From Podarcis cretensis (taxonomy: Eukaryota): a DNA stretch of 64,000 nucleotides. The stretch spans positions 62,000,001 through 62,064,000 of the forward strand of contig OX638156.1 in NCBI GenBank assembly GCA_951804945.1, written 5' to 3'. Every line of letters starts with the position of its first letter. Within the stretch, counting starts at the first letter, position 1. Below are positions 39,203 to 51,487 of the stretch, one piece after another. Both the position numbers and the translations under genes were made by a program. Under the pieces are notes generated by a model. That model ran no database searches, had not been told where the DNA came from, and was given only the letters and a program-made list of their open reading frames with translations.

Positions 39203-40224
39203 TTTAAAGTTGGACCATGCGTGACACTGCAGAGCAAGAGTTCATTTGCAGATTGGTACAATTTCATCAAGCCTTAATTGCAGCTTAGCTTGGCTGTCCG
39301 ACTGCAAGGCAGTAATCATATTGTGCATGCAGTCAGGCAAATTGAACCCCAGCCCACAATGGCTGGCTTGCTAGCTGCTCGTTACTGAATTTTGCTTGCT
39401 TCAATTGAATGATTCACGAATCAATTAGGGATGCTTGAAGGATCTGATCGTTGTGAGTTCCTATGCAACGGGGGAATGTGTGACCCCCAAGGTATTGCTG
39501 GACTGCGGCTCCCCCTTCATCCTTGTGGGCTGGGGTTGATGGTTGTTGGGAGTCCAATAACTCCTGAAAAGCCCCATCACAGCTATAGAAAATGCCCGCA
39601 CGACTAAAGTGCTGATCAGAACTTAAGGATCTACCAGATTTTCAATTTCTCCAAATGTTGCAATGCAGTTCTTGGCAGCTCAAATGCAGTAGAATGTGTA
39701 TCTCTTTGGGAGGAAAATATACATATATATTGAGTTATATTTGTTTATTTTTACGTGCATATTCATGCAGAAATAGAACACAGTGGAATTAGGCAAAACC
39801 ATGTGAAAGCAACGCAAATAAAAATCAGGCTGATTTATCCATCTTGTCCAGTCTCTTGACTGTGGTGTGCATATGATATCTTGGACTTCAGGATATGCTT
39901 ATGCTTTTTAAAAATCTCATTAGGGAATGACCACCAATAATGAACTCAGCCTCTGAGCAGGATATCAGAATTCCCAACTTTCCTTTTGGTAGAAGTCCTA
40001 TGCCTTTGACAGCTGCACGATGGACAGCACCAGAGTCGCCATCTTTCTTTACTGTTGTGGCTCTTGTGCACAGTGGGCGGAACTTAATTTGATCGACCAT
40101 CACTCAATTTTCATCACATGACATGTTCCAAAGGGGGACGGCTTAGGGTCCAGACAATCAAATTCATCCAAAAGTGTCTCCATTTGAGCGGCCACCTCTT
40201 CCTCTGCTATTTTGCACAGATATA

Positions 40225-40545
40225 AATAGAAGCCTGCTGGTTCAGGCCCAATATATTGTTCTCACAATGGCCTACCAAATGCCTGTGGGAAACCTGTGAG
40301 CTGGACATAAGCACAACAGCCACTCTGCCCACATGGGATTCCCAGCAACTGGTGTTTGGAGGAATACCGCCTCTGAAAGTGCAGGTAGAGCATAGCCATC
40401 ATGACTATTAGTCATTCATATAGCTTTATCCTCCATAAATGTCTCCAGTCAAAGTTGGTGACCATCATCACCAATGAATTCCACAGTTTAACTATGCACT
40501 GTGTGAAGTAGTGCTTTCTGTTGCCTGTCCTTCCAACAAGAATGC
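40225..40545 (-). mobile_element. CR1 3' end
   Basis: agcctgctggttcaggcccaat...gcctgtgggaaacc...agtttaactatgcactgtgtgaag. Confidence 0.7.
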
Positions 40546-41229
40546 CATTCATTCCAACAAGACTGAAATGTAATTTCCTGGGTTCAGCAAGCCCAGAGAA
40601 AGCCTCACCAGCACCAGCGCCAGCACCTGAAAGGATGATTGGCAATTTCTATGGCTCGGTGCCACAGAGCTACCTTTCCGAATGAGCTCTAACTTTTGTT
40701 CAGTTTGCTTTGTCATGAGTTCTTCTCCTCTCGTGTTCCATACACCTCCCCTGCTGCTTTATTGTCCACTGTTCCCTGTGACCCTATTATAGAACAACTA
40801 GATTACTTGAAGAGACAGTAGAAAACACCAATCTCAAACGTCCTGTTTTTGAGATTTGGGAACTTCCCCCAAAGGCCCTAAGTGGGAAAAGACTTCACCA
40901 GCAAATATGTCTGACTCTTATGCCAGAATATGATCTTATCTAGGGCCCCATCTGCAACACAGGAGCCTGCAAAATCTAGCCTTCCATTCTGATCTCTCAT
41001 AAATGCTTGAATTTCCACAATGGTTCCACAGTGGTTAACTGATCTCTGTTTTTATCTCCTTTATTATTTTATTGGATGGTTTTATGTTTTTATTGCTGTA
41101 AACCACTTTGATATATATTTTTTATGATGCAGCAGTATACACAAATAGTTTTATAAATAAGTAAATAAATTTTACAATAACAAGCAGCTATACAGAGAGT
41201 GTGTGTCTGTGATATCATGGAATATTATC

Positions 41230-41372
41230 CCTGTTGGCATCCGTCAGTCTCAGGAGACAATGAAGGAGTGTGGCTTTGCGGGTGAAGTCAAACTGTCGGA
41301 AGGTTGCAGCACCTGCTGTGGCTATAGAGATTGATATGGGAGAGACATGTTTTGTTGGAGCTGGGGCAGATG
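41230..41372 (-). mobile_element. RTE-type LINE or SINE 3' end (non-BovB)
   Basis: Minus strand ends ttgtctcctgagactgacggatgccaac, resembling RTE 3' termini. Recalled, not searched. Confidence 0.45.
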
Positions 41373-42399
41373 ATGTCACCTGATTGTTCTGCTGCAGATG
41401 AACCATGGCATTTCTTCTGCGCTCATCCCAGTGGCCATTCCTCCTCTGATCACTACTATGGTGCATGATCTGACTGTCTGTCTCCAAATAATAAAATGAA
41501 ATTTCATGAAACAAACATATAGAAACTAAATAAAAACATAGTTGGGATGGGATGTTACATTTACTAGAAGAAATAATAAAGCTGGCTATCCAGATATTTG
41601 TGATGAGATACAGAGAGGTAAGTAGAGAGAAATGTCATAAGAAATGAGAAGGGGGAAAGGTGTGGCACATATGACTTACAAGATATACAAAAAGATGAAC
41701 CTATGACTGAAACTGCCAGAGGCACGAGTATAAAAGGCTCTATATTACATCAATAAAATTTTTCAACCACTTAGGTAATTTTCAACCACTTAGATGATAA
41801 CAAGCACCTTTGTGAACTGCTTTCAAGTATGCAAAAGTAAGATTTCCTCAGTGAATTGCACTCAGCATATTGTTGTTTAATGAAGTTCGAGGATGCAGCA
41901 GAATTATGTATTTAAATAAGCTGCTCCTTCCACCTCTGCAACATCTTACAATCTGACCTAGAGAAGAATCTGAGACAAAAATCACATTCCAGCATCCCTC
42001 AACAGAAGCGCCTCATTGTGTCCATCATTAGTCATAACAGTCCCAATGAAGTCTTCATATTGACATGTTTATCAACCATAAGAGCATGAGTGAATAATTG
42101 CACTATCTCCTAAACAGCCCACTGCATGCTCTCCGATAAATTATATTCATCAGACATGACAGAAACATTCCACAGTTGTGTTTGTTTGGGCCTCACATTT
42201 CTTCTGAAGAGTTTTCAATGACAAAAGTTTTAAACGCCTTGAGAAATGGCCTTTGGATCGGGGATATTCCTCTTCTTTTAACAGAAAAGTTGTCTGGTGA
42301 GTGTTCAATGAACTTTAAGGAATGGCAGAGTGAGCTAGATCTAAACACCTGAGCCACTTCTTCATTATTTTATCATCTTGATTGCCCTCCAAGTTGGAA

Positions 42400-42865
42400 G
42401 TATGCAGAGAAGGGCAAGATGATTAAGGGTCTTTAAGCCAAGCCTACCGAAGAATGGTTGAGAGAGCTATGTTTAGCGTGGAAGATACTAAAAGATAATA
42501 TGATAGCCATGTTCAAATATCTGGCTGACACATGGAAAATGGAGCAAGCTTGTTTTCTGTTGGTCCAGAAATCACAGCTAAGCAGTCCCTGACAGATGAC
42601 CAAGCAACTTCTCTCTAGAAACCTTCAATGAAGGAGAGTCCACCACCTTCCAAGGGATTCCGTTCCACTGTCGAACAGCTCTTACCATCAGAGAGTTCTT
42701 CCTAATGTTTAGTCAGTATCGCATTTCTTGTCATTTGAATCCATTGGTTGGAATCCTACCCTCTGAAACAGCAGAAAACCAGCTTGCTCTATCTTCCATG
42801 TGACACCTCTTCAGATATATGAACATGGCTATCATAACACACCTCAGTTTTCACTTCCCCAAGCT
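42400..42865. mobile_element. Two CR1 fragments in inverted orientation
   Basis: Plus piece about 42400-42570 (atgatagccatgttcaaatatctg...ggagcaagcttgttttctg). Minus piece about 42585-42865 (cagaaaaccagcttgctc...cagatatatgaacatggctatcat). Confidence 0.7.
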
Positions 42866-43187
42866 GTTCGAATCCATGTGATGGGGTGAGTTCCCGTTGC
42901 TCTGTCCCAGCTTATGCCAGCCTAGCAGTTCGAAAGCACACCAGAGCAAGTAGATAAATAGGTACCACCATGGTGGGAAGATAAACAGCATTTCCATGCT
43001 CTATAGCTTCTGTCACGGTGTTCCATTGCACCAGTAGCAGTTTAGTCATGCCGGCCACGTGACCTGGAAAGCTGCCTGTGGACAAATGCTGGCTCCCTCA
43101 GCTTGAAAAACAAGATGAGAGCCGTACATCATAAGTCACCTTTGATCTGACTTAACTGTTTGGGGTTCTTTACCTTTACCTTTACCT
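42866..43187 (+). mobile_element. Older Sauria SINE, 5' part missing
   Basis: gttcgaatcc...ggggtgagttcccgttgc...cctagcagttcgaaagcac...aaataggtacc, (ACCTTT)n tail. Confidence 0.8.
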
Positions 43188-44751
43188 TCTTTGTGCTATA
43201 AATATTTTTGTTGCAACTTTTTACTAGTACATCGAGGCCCAATAAGTTTCAGCTGTTAGCAAAATTCTGCAATCAGCAACTTCTTTCTATATGGAGATTT
43301 TGGTGTGTGTGTTTTTGAAAAAGTTTCACCCATCGAACAAAATTGTAACTTATAAAGCACTTATGGTTTGCTTCCTAGCCAAACAGTATCAGAGGAATGC
43401 CTTGCAACTTCAGCAAAGATGATTTTTTTCCCTTTAAAAAAAGCTGTCGACATCTTATTGAATTTACAGGTGAGATGTAAATGGTGCTGACAGATTGTCG
43501 GAGCAACATGCAGTGGAAATAGATTTGAAAAGTTTTCTCCTCTCCCCTCCCCCCTTGACCCTGGATGCAAATTTCAAGGCTGTTTACGTTTTGCAGGGCA
43601 GTTGAATTAAGGGTGTGAGACTGAGGGAGGCTGTAAACCATAGGATGGGTAGGATCAGGCCTAAACAATTTGCCCCTGCTTTTATTTTATTTTTTGAAAA
43701 ACATATTTTATTGATTTTTCAGACTTAAACAGAATTATATAATAACAACAACAAATAAAACTCCCTCCTACTTTCCTGTCCTAGAGCGTGGATTTGCCTC
43801 TACATAAGCTATCGCTTCTGTCCAGTTCTAAGTTTTCACAAACATAAATAAAATAATTACTTGAGCATGCCTTTCCACAGTGTTTCGTATTTTCTTGGTG
43901 GGTGAAAGCCATGTTCAATAGATTGCACATCTTGAATAAAACCAAACCTTGTTGCATAAAAGGTGGTTCTCCTATTTCCTCCCCTTTCCTCTTCCATGGT
44001 GTAAGATAGAAAATTTGTCCATGAGTATCAAATCCCAGGTCTGTGAGATCCAAGCTTCTATAAGATATGAACTGAGAGATCTCTAGTGTCTGGCGATTAC
44101 TAGCTTTGCAGCTGTTAGCAGATGCATGCTTAAATCTCTATTCATTAAGCTTTCGAAACTCTGGAGATTGATAGGTGAGTAGTGTCGGGATATCAAGCCC
44201 TTTATCAGGAGGAACTGGCAACAATCCTAGGCACCCGGCTTGATTCCCTGTTGACCTCCCTGGCTGCATTCCCCAGCAGGCGCAGGCAAGGTCTCGATCG
44301 GCGATTCTTCTCAAACGTGAGAAGAACACACCCCTCTTTCCTGCCCCCCTGGGCAGGGGAAAGAGATAGACAGAAACATATTTACATGCCTTTATTTCTG
44401 TCTTTGCAGCGTTACAAAAAACATGACTGCTCTCTTCAAGCTCCAGCAGTGTAGAGACAAACACTTCCTGGATAGGAATAAACGGAAGAGCTCATATTAC
44501 ACTCTGAGCTAATTCCGGTGCTTCGCACTGTGAATAGACTGCCCCTCTGATTCCCACGGGCAGTTCCAACATACCCATCATGTTTACTTTTCAAGCTAGC
44601 ACTTTGCAGCTACATTGCATCCATATCGTAACAAGTAGTACCACCTTTGGGCCCATAGGGACAGTATGTTTTGTAATCTGGTCAAATTCAATTATCTGTA
44701 GGACCTTTTCTCCAAAAGGTGTGATTTGGGGGGCAATACCATCATATGCAA

Positions 44752-45105
44752 GGGACGCGGGTGGCGCTATGGGTTAAACCACAGAGCCTAGGACTTGCTG
44801 ATCAGAAGGTCAGCAGTTCGATTCCCCACGACGGGGTGAGCTCCCGTTGCTTGGTCCCTGCTCCTGCCAACCTAGCAGTTTGAAAGCACGTCAAAGTGCA
44901 AGCAGATAAATAGGTACCGCTCTGGCGGGAAGGTAAACGGTGTTTCCGTGCGCTGCTCTGGTTCGCCAGAAGCGGCTTAGTCATGCTGGCCACAAGGCCC
45001 CAAAGCTGTATGCCGCCTCCCTCGGCCAATAAAGCGAGATGAGCGGCGCAACCCCAGAGTCGGTCATGACTGGACCTAATGGTCAGGGCTCCCTTTGCCT
45101 TTACC
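44752..45105 (+). mobile_element. Sauria SINE, full length
   Basis: gggacgcgggtggcgct...gttcgattcc (B box)...ccagagtcggtcatgactggacctaat...cctttacc. Imperfect TSD taccatca...tgca. Confidence 0.93.
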
Positions 45106-48100
45106 ATCACATGTGCAGCAGGGTCCCTTGTTGTTTACAATCTTGCCAACATAGCGGCGAGTGGGTGATTTTATTCAGCTTAGAGGGTTGCATATACCAG
45201 CGATATATAATCTTTCATGCATTTATTTAATGGCACTTCTTTTATTATTTGCTTTCTCAATATATTTCTTTCTGTCGAGACCCCACAGGGACTTAATGAC
45301 ACGAAACTAATAATAGTAATTAAAAAGAAAAGAAAAGCACGTATCAAAGCAGCATAAAAGGATCAGAGCAATAGCAACAATTGCCTGGAAAAGGACCTGA
45401 AACAATACTCAGTGATCATCAACAACAGCTTCATGAGCCTTGGCAATTGCCGGATAGACTTCCCATATAAAATTTCTGTTACGAAAGGTTACAATAAAAT
45501 CTGTTATATATAATCTTTCTATCTTTAAAATGCCATAGATTTTCTCTTTTACACAGTGGAATAAAATTCTAACCAAAAGGTCTGTTATCTGTTATCCAAT
45601 TTAACACATTCATCAATGATCCCCAATGTTCCCATGAAAAAAGGAACCAGTATCTTCACCTATTAACTAAAACCAAGCTGTAAGGGAACCAAACAGACCT
45701 CCTTTGGGATGGAGACAATTTGTATCATTTATTGGGACTGTGTGCAGACCCCCTGTTCCACCCCCAACAATCACAGTAAGATCAAATGATAGGAGAAGCT
45801 TCCCATCCTTTTTGAATTGCAGTACAAAGGTAGCCATTTCCCCACCTCCTTTCCTCCTGGCCTCGCTCTCACTCCACACACTTGGGCCATGTAAAATGTA
45901 GTAATTTCTAATGTGGCTATTGCGGTAAAGTGATTTTTTTTGGGGGGGGAGGGAGGTCTGGCAATGCAGCTACTTGCCAAGGGTGCAAGGGACCGTAGGT
46001 ACACCTATGGTATCCAATCCTGCACAGGTGCTGCTTTGCTTTACAGCATCTGTACCCCACAGGATTGAGGTCTCTGGAGACATGGATCCCGCAGGGCTAG
46101 GAATAAGGCAGGAATGAGAACCAGGGCATTGGGCCAACCTTCTCTTGGGAAGACACAGCAGCCAATTAGGTACGTAGGTGTCAACCTTTTCCATGCAGTT
46201 TCCCCATCCTGTCTGCCCCTGCTTCCTGCCTGATGCCCCACCTTCTGACAGCCACAGATCACTCTGGACCAATCCAACCCAACACACATTGCTGTGTGTA
46301 ACTGATTTCTCCATGACCCAACACCTCTGAACATGCCTAATTTGGGTTGGGCCTTGGTCAAATCCAGTAGACAGCCCTATTATTTATTCAAGGATTTGTA
46401 CCCTGAGTTTCCATCTCTAAAACAGAGGTACTCAAGGTGGCTTCCATCAGGAGTATCTGTCTTCAAAACTGCAATTATCAAGGTTGCAATCCAAGAGACT
46501 TTCTCACCAGCTATTCTAACATTATTTTAAAGCTTTAAAAACCCAATTCATTAGTAAATTCAGTTTAAACCATTTTAAAAATTAAAAACAAGTTTTGAGG
46601 GACACCAAAAAAAAAAAAAACTTGGGATAGCATGGCATCACAAGTGAAGATGCCCTTTTGCACATCCCTGCCAACCACACCTCATTTAATGGTAAACTAC
46701 CCAGAAGGCCTCTGCACAATGACAAGAAATGCAAGAGTGGATTAGGACAGAGGTGGAATCTCCCATCATTTGTCAGGAACAGCAGTAATTCAATATATAT
46801 TTAAAAAAAAGATTTACTATGATCCAAAACTGGTGAAAGGAGGTGGCTGGCAGTGAATATCCCAGTAGTAAGATCTTGGAAAAAAGTTAAGAGTATATTA
46901 AACTGTGAAATCTTCCTATGGGAGTCCTATTGTGTGGACCCATATGAATATATTGAAAATGTACATTTAAATTGATATTTTGAGAGAAAACATGCATTTA
47001 AATAAATACATATTTAAATACATATTTTTGGGAGGATTTCTGTTGCTGCTTAATTTGCAGATTAATGCAGAAACAGAAAGAAGCAGAATAATGGGTAAAA
47101 ACATTCAAAAACAACACAGATAAGAAACAAACAGAATTGTCCATCCCTCATCTACATGCTGTGTCAATCAAGACTCGTTTTTTCAAGGTGGGTGCCGAAG
47201 AAAGGAAAGATGGCACGAAAGCTAGCGTGGTCATTTTTGCGATTCATTACCAGCAGAGCCTTTTCTGATCAAGTCACTCCAGGTGGTAACTTCTGCTCAA
47301 AACAGAAGATGAGGCAGGTCTGGGTTATGGAGGGCTGAAAATGGATTTTTTTTTTCTTGAATAAAAAACCATGGAAATGAGCACTAAAATGAAGGAGGGG
47401 GAAATTTTCCAAGTTTCTAGCCCCTAATGTGTGGGATGTAGGATCGGTGAGAGTATACCCTTTAATCCTCTAACTCAAAGAGGCTTTTTTTGCCCTCCCC
47501 CCTATATTAGGGAAGGGGGAGCAAGTCAGTTTGCATTTAAAGTCAAACCCATCTGGAGGCTGATATGAGAATGGGATGTATATACAGATTACAGCTCTGT
47601 CAAATCCAGTTTGGCCTTAAGAAAATGGGATCTTAGGTCACAGAAAGCCGCTCTAACCAATGAGCTACAGCTCTTCCCAATTTTGTCACCAAGAAAAGGG
47701 CCACAAGCATCCAACATGGCAACTTCATTTCTGGGGATGGAATTGAAAATGGCTATTTGAACTCTCAGTTGCTCAAGCAAAAAGCTCGAGACTAAAAATG
47801 GCATCCTTCAAATAATTTGTGAGAGCAGAAACTCCTATTTCTGTGCCACTTAGAAGGGTGTGGAAATGAGATGTAGGTGCTGTTCCTCCCTTCTGTACTT
47901 TCCTCAGCTATGAAACAAAAAATGCAGCCAGAAGAGTACTATTTCAAACCAGCTAAAAGAAGAACGTATCCAAGAGGAATTGTCAATTATGATTCATGCC
48001 TGAAGCAAGGCATGTCCATCACAGGCCAGGAGAATGTGTCAGCCCCTACAGCTATTATTCTGTAGATAATTACTTGGGTTCTTGAAAATGTTAAAACCTG

Positions 48101-48687
48101 GTCCAGGTTTGGCTGCTCCAGAGAAGTGGGAAAATGCTTTGGAGAGGGAAAAAATGAATAACATTCCTCTCTGTCTGTATGACACTGTTGTTTCACATAC
48201 ACACACGTGTGTGTTTACATGTGTGTTTTTGTATGTAATAAACGCATGCATGGGACCAGAGGTACCACCTTCTCCAGAGGATTGAGAGGGCTGGATGAGA
48301 CATCCTGATGTCGCATAGGATCCCCTCTGAACACTGAGGAGGCCCAGCCCCCCCCCCCAAAAAAAATGGGTACAATAATAAAACTATGATGATGATGACG
48401 ATGATTCTTGTGCATATATAGATATATAACACCTAGAGACGTTTAAAGTTGCAAGCAGGACCAAATGTTGAGTAACATAATAACAAAACAGACCTGTCAA
48501 ATATTAACATTTCTATGCCACATTCTCGTTCAGTGGAAACTCTAAGAGTGGCTAACAATGCACAATAAGGCTGTGCACCAATAAGGCTGTGCACCCATAC
48601 TGAATTGCGCCAAATTGGCGGATATGGTATTTCATATCTGGAGACAGTTCCAGATTGCACCCATTTGGGCCTTCTGGTGCTATAAGG

Positions 48688-49012
48688 ACATAAGAAGAGC
48701 CTGCTGAATCAGGTCAATGGCCCATGTAGCCCAGCATCAGATTCTCACAGTGGCTGACCAGATGCTTGTGAGAAGCCTGCAAGCAGGATTTGAGCGCAAG
48801 AGCCCTCTCCCCTCCCCTGGTTTTCAACAACTGGGATTAAGAAGTGTTTCTGCCTCCAGCTGTGGGGCCAAAGCATAGCCCAAATGGCTAGTAGCCTTCA
48901 ATAGCCCTCTCTTCCATGAATTTGTCATCTTTTAAAAACACCCAGGCTGGGCCATCACTGCCTCCTGCAGGAGTGAGTTCCATAGACTAACTATGTGCTG
49001 TGTGAAGAAGTA
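48688..49012 (-). mobile_element. CR1 3' end
   Basis: acataagaagagcctgctgaatcagg...gagttccatagactaactatgtgctgtgtgaagaag. Confidence 0.75.
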
Positions 49013-50377
49013 CCGACAAGAAATTCAGAGGTCCTTGCTATTATATGTAGTAGTTATTTGGGAAGTAAGAAAAAAAAATGTGTTGTTGGATTCCAACTCC
49101 CATTGGCCCTTTGAGTCACCCAATCACAGTTGCCTTAGTATCCTGCAGTACCTCTTCCTAGTCAGGTGCTTCCTAGTAAGGATGCTCAGGAGCAATTGAA
49201 TGGCAGGTAAACCACCATTGTTTCTACCATAGTTTTTTGTGCTTTGCTGCTGTCACAATTCCAGATGTCTTCTGCTCAGACATACACACATTTTTCTTCC
49301 AGCGACTGAGACTTCTCCTGCTTAATCCAAATAAACAGCCCAGAACCTTTATCATATTTTAAATTCATCTCATTGAACAAACTTGACGAAGCAATATTTA
49401 TGACATTGATAGCACAAGGGGGGTGGAAATGTTAGCAATGCTCAGTTCTTCAATATCCTATTTTCATTTGTTAAAAAAAAAAATTGATCTGGCGAACACA
49501 TTTTATTAAAAGGAATATTTCAGACTTGATTACTGTTCTCTTTGACTGACTGCCTAATTCATGCATGCAGTGTGACTTGGGAAATTACACACAGTAGTTT
49601 GGTAGCTTTATTATGTCACTGTCTGAAAACATTATTTTGCTGAGAGCATAATTAGTCACATACAAAGCTACAGGCCTTTAGACTAATCTCTGCCATCTCC
49701 CTGTGTTAATTATGTGGCTTCCCCCACCCCTCTCTGCAATACACTTTTAGCCCCTAGTCCCTTTAATATATTCTTCCTATTCCTCTCTTTTTTCTTTTTT
49801 ATTCAAAAGAGAATTCAAAAATAAAACAGATTTATTCAGAACATTGCTAAGGAGAGAGGGGAAAAAAAAATCTTTAGAAGCTGTGTCTCCAGATATTAAT
49901 TGGAAAGACCATTGTTAACTGGAAGAAGTTTGACAATTCATTTTCTAGACTTCAGCCAAGTTGAATTATCCAATTTAGAAACCAGACATTTGTTGATTGT
50001 TTTCATTTTTAAAAAGAGAAGGAACTAGGTTACTGAGGTGCAGTGTGGGGTGGCAGGGAGCAGTGAGAACCAACACAATCAAACCAAGGCCTGGTTTATA
50101 ACACAGCCCTGGCCCGCTGGAGGTTTGTTTGGTAAAAGTTTGTTGGGAAAGTGTTTTCTGTGATAAAATCAGCTTAACATTGCTGCTCGGTTTAGGGCAA
50201 ATGATATGACATCTTCCTTTCAAATTGAAGGATCTTTTTTCTCAGCTCCCTGAGGTTATAAAAGTCTCTGCTGGACAGAATGCCCCAAGCAGTCTTTCAT
50301 CATAACATGTTTGCTTAGACAAAACAAAATAAAAAAATTCCTTCCAGTAGCACCTTAAAGACCAACTAAGTTAGTTC

Positions 50378-50419
50378 TTGGTGTGAGCTTTCGTGTGCAT
50401 GCACACTTCTTCAGATACC
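50378..50419 (-). ncRNA. Minimal type-I hammerhead ribozyme, antisense copy with weakened stem I
   Basis: Minus strand GGUAU-CUGAAGA-A-GUGUGCAUGCACAC-GAAAGCUC-ACACC. Same core, one A:C mismatch in stem I. Confidence 0.7.
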
Positions 50420-50425
50420 TTCAGA

Positions 50426-50469
50426 TTGGTATCTGAAGAAGTGTGCATGCACACGAAAGCTCATACCAA
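50426..50469 (+). ncRNA. Minimal type-I hammerhead ribozyme, intact
   Basis: Stem I UUGGUAU/AUACCAA, core CUGAAGA, stem II GUGUGC-AU-GCACAC, GAAA, palindromic AGCU stem III, NUH = CUC. Predicted cleavage after 50462. Confidence 0.85.
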
Positions 50470-50583
50470 GAACTAACTTAGTTGATCTTTAAGGTGCTAC
50501 TGGAAGGAATTTTTTTATTTTGTTTTGACTATGGCAGACCAACACGGCTACCTATCTGTAACTGGATGTTTGCTTAGAGTTTC

Positions 50584-51019
50584 TGTAATGGTTCTAGGGG
50601 GTTGCTCATGCGTAAGTTGCCGCCACTCTTGGCTTGGTTGCCTGGTTGAACCCTTTCTGTCTGGACAGCCCTTCACTTCGTGGCTGTCTCAGTCACTGGC
50701 AGAATCCGTCAGTGGGCGTTTCTTAAACTTCTTCCAGCAAAAAAGTTCTTTGACGCCAAGTCTCCTCCTACTCTCCCTGCGCGGACGTCTTCTGCTCAGG
50801 GAGGGTGTGGGCAGCGGAGTAACCGTGCTCTCCCCACTAGTCTCCGGTGAAGAGTCCTGGAGCCTTTTCTCCGATTCCCCCATCTGCCCCCCTTCTCTCC
50901 TGGTGTTACGTTGATTTCCTTCCCCAGCAGATGGGCTGCCTCTCTCCCTGCTGGGACCCTCTCCAGCATCGCTCTGGAGCCTTCCCTCCGCCTCTGGCTC
51001 TGATGGCAGTTCCCTGACA
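50584..51019 (-). mobile_element. Solo LTR (Gypsy/chromovirus-like)
   Basis: TG...CA termini (tgtaatgg / ccctgaca). Perfect 5-bp TSD gtttc at 50579-50583 and 51020-51024. GC- and CpG-rich. Confidence 0.75.
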
Positions 51020-51243
51020 GTTTCCCTTTGAGTTTTCACTGTTTCCATATTCTTGATCAAAAGAGGGAGAGAAGGTGCTTTCGCTCCTCTTCCCTTGTTA
51101 CTCTAATCTCTGCAGTTTTATTACATCAGAGACAGGGTGGTCTTTATTATTTGTTTGTTAGTTTATTGGATTTATACCCTGCCTTTCCTCCCCACATGGA
51201 GCCCAGGACAGCAAAGGCAACAGCTAAGAGGAAAACCCATATA

Positions 51244-51487
51244 CAGTGGTACCTTGGGTTACATACGCTTCAGGTTCCATATGCTTCAGGTTCCATATGC
51301 TTCAGGTTACAGACTCCGCTAACCTAGAAATTATACCTTGGGTTAAGAACTTTGCCTCAGGATGAGAACAGAAATTGCGTGGCAGCGGGTGGCCCCATTA
51401 GCTAAAGTGGTGCTTCAGGTTAAGAACAGTTTCAGGTTAAGAACAGACCTCCAGAATGAATTAAATACATAACCAGAGGTACCACTG
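51244..51487. mobile_element. Tigger-like MITE, empty paralogue of 28602-29406
   Basis: TIRs cagtggtaccttgggtta / taaccagaggtaccactg, TA flanks, internal ttcaggtt repeats. Confidence 0.9.

Larger units (their letters stand above)
50320..50565 (+). mobile_element. Penelope-like retroelement remnant: inverted pseudo-LTR foldback with 38-bp tail
   Basis: 100-bp arms at 50320-50419 and 50428-50527 (2 mismatches, 8-nt spacer). 13-bp TSD atgtttgcttaga at 50307-50319 and 50566-50578. Carries hammerhead motifs. Confidence 0.85.

Noticed and set aside
44305-44326. Perfect 9-bp hairpin ttcttctca-aacg-tgagaagaa
   Set aside because: Too short for a pre-miRNA, no supporting context, and plausible by chance in 64 kb.
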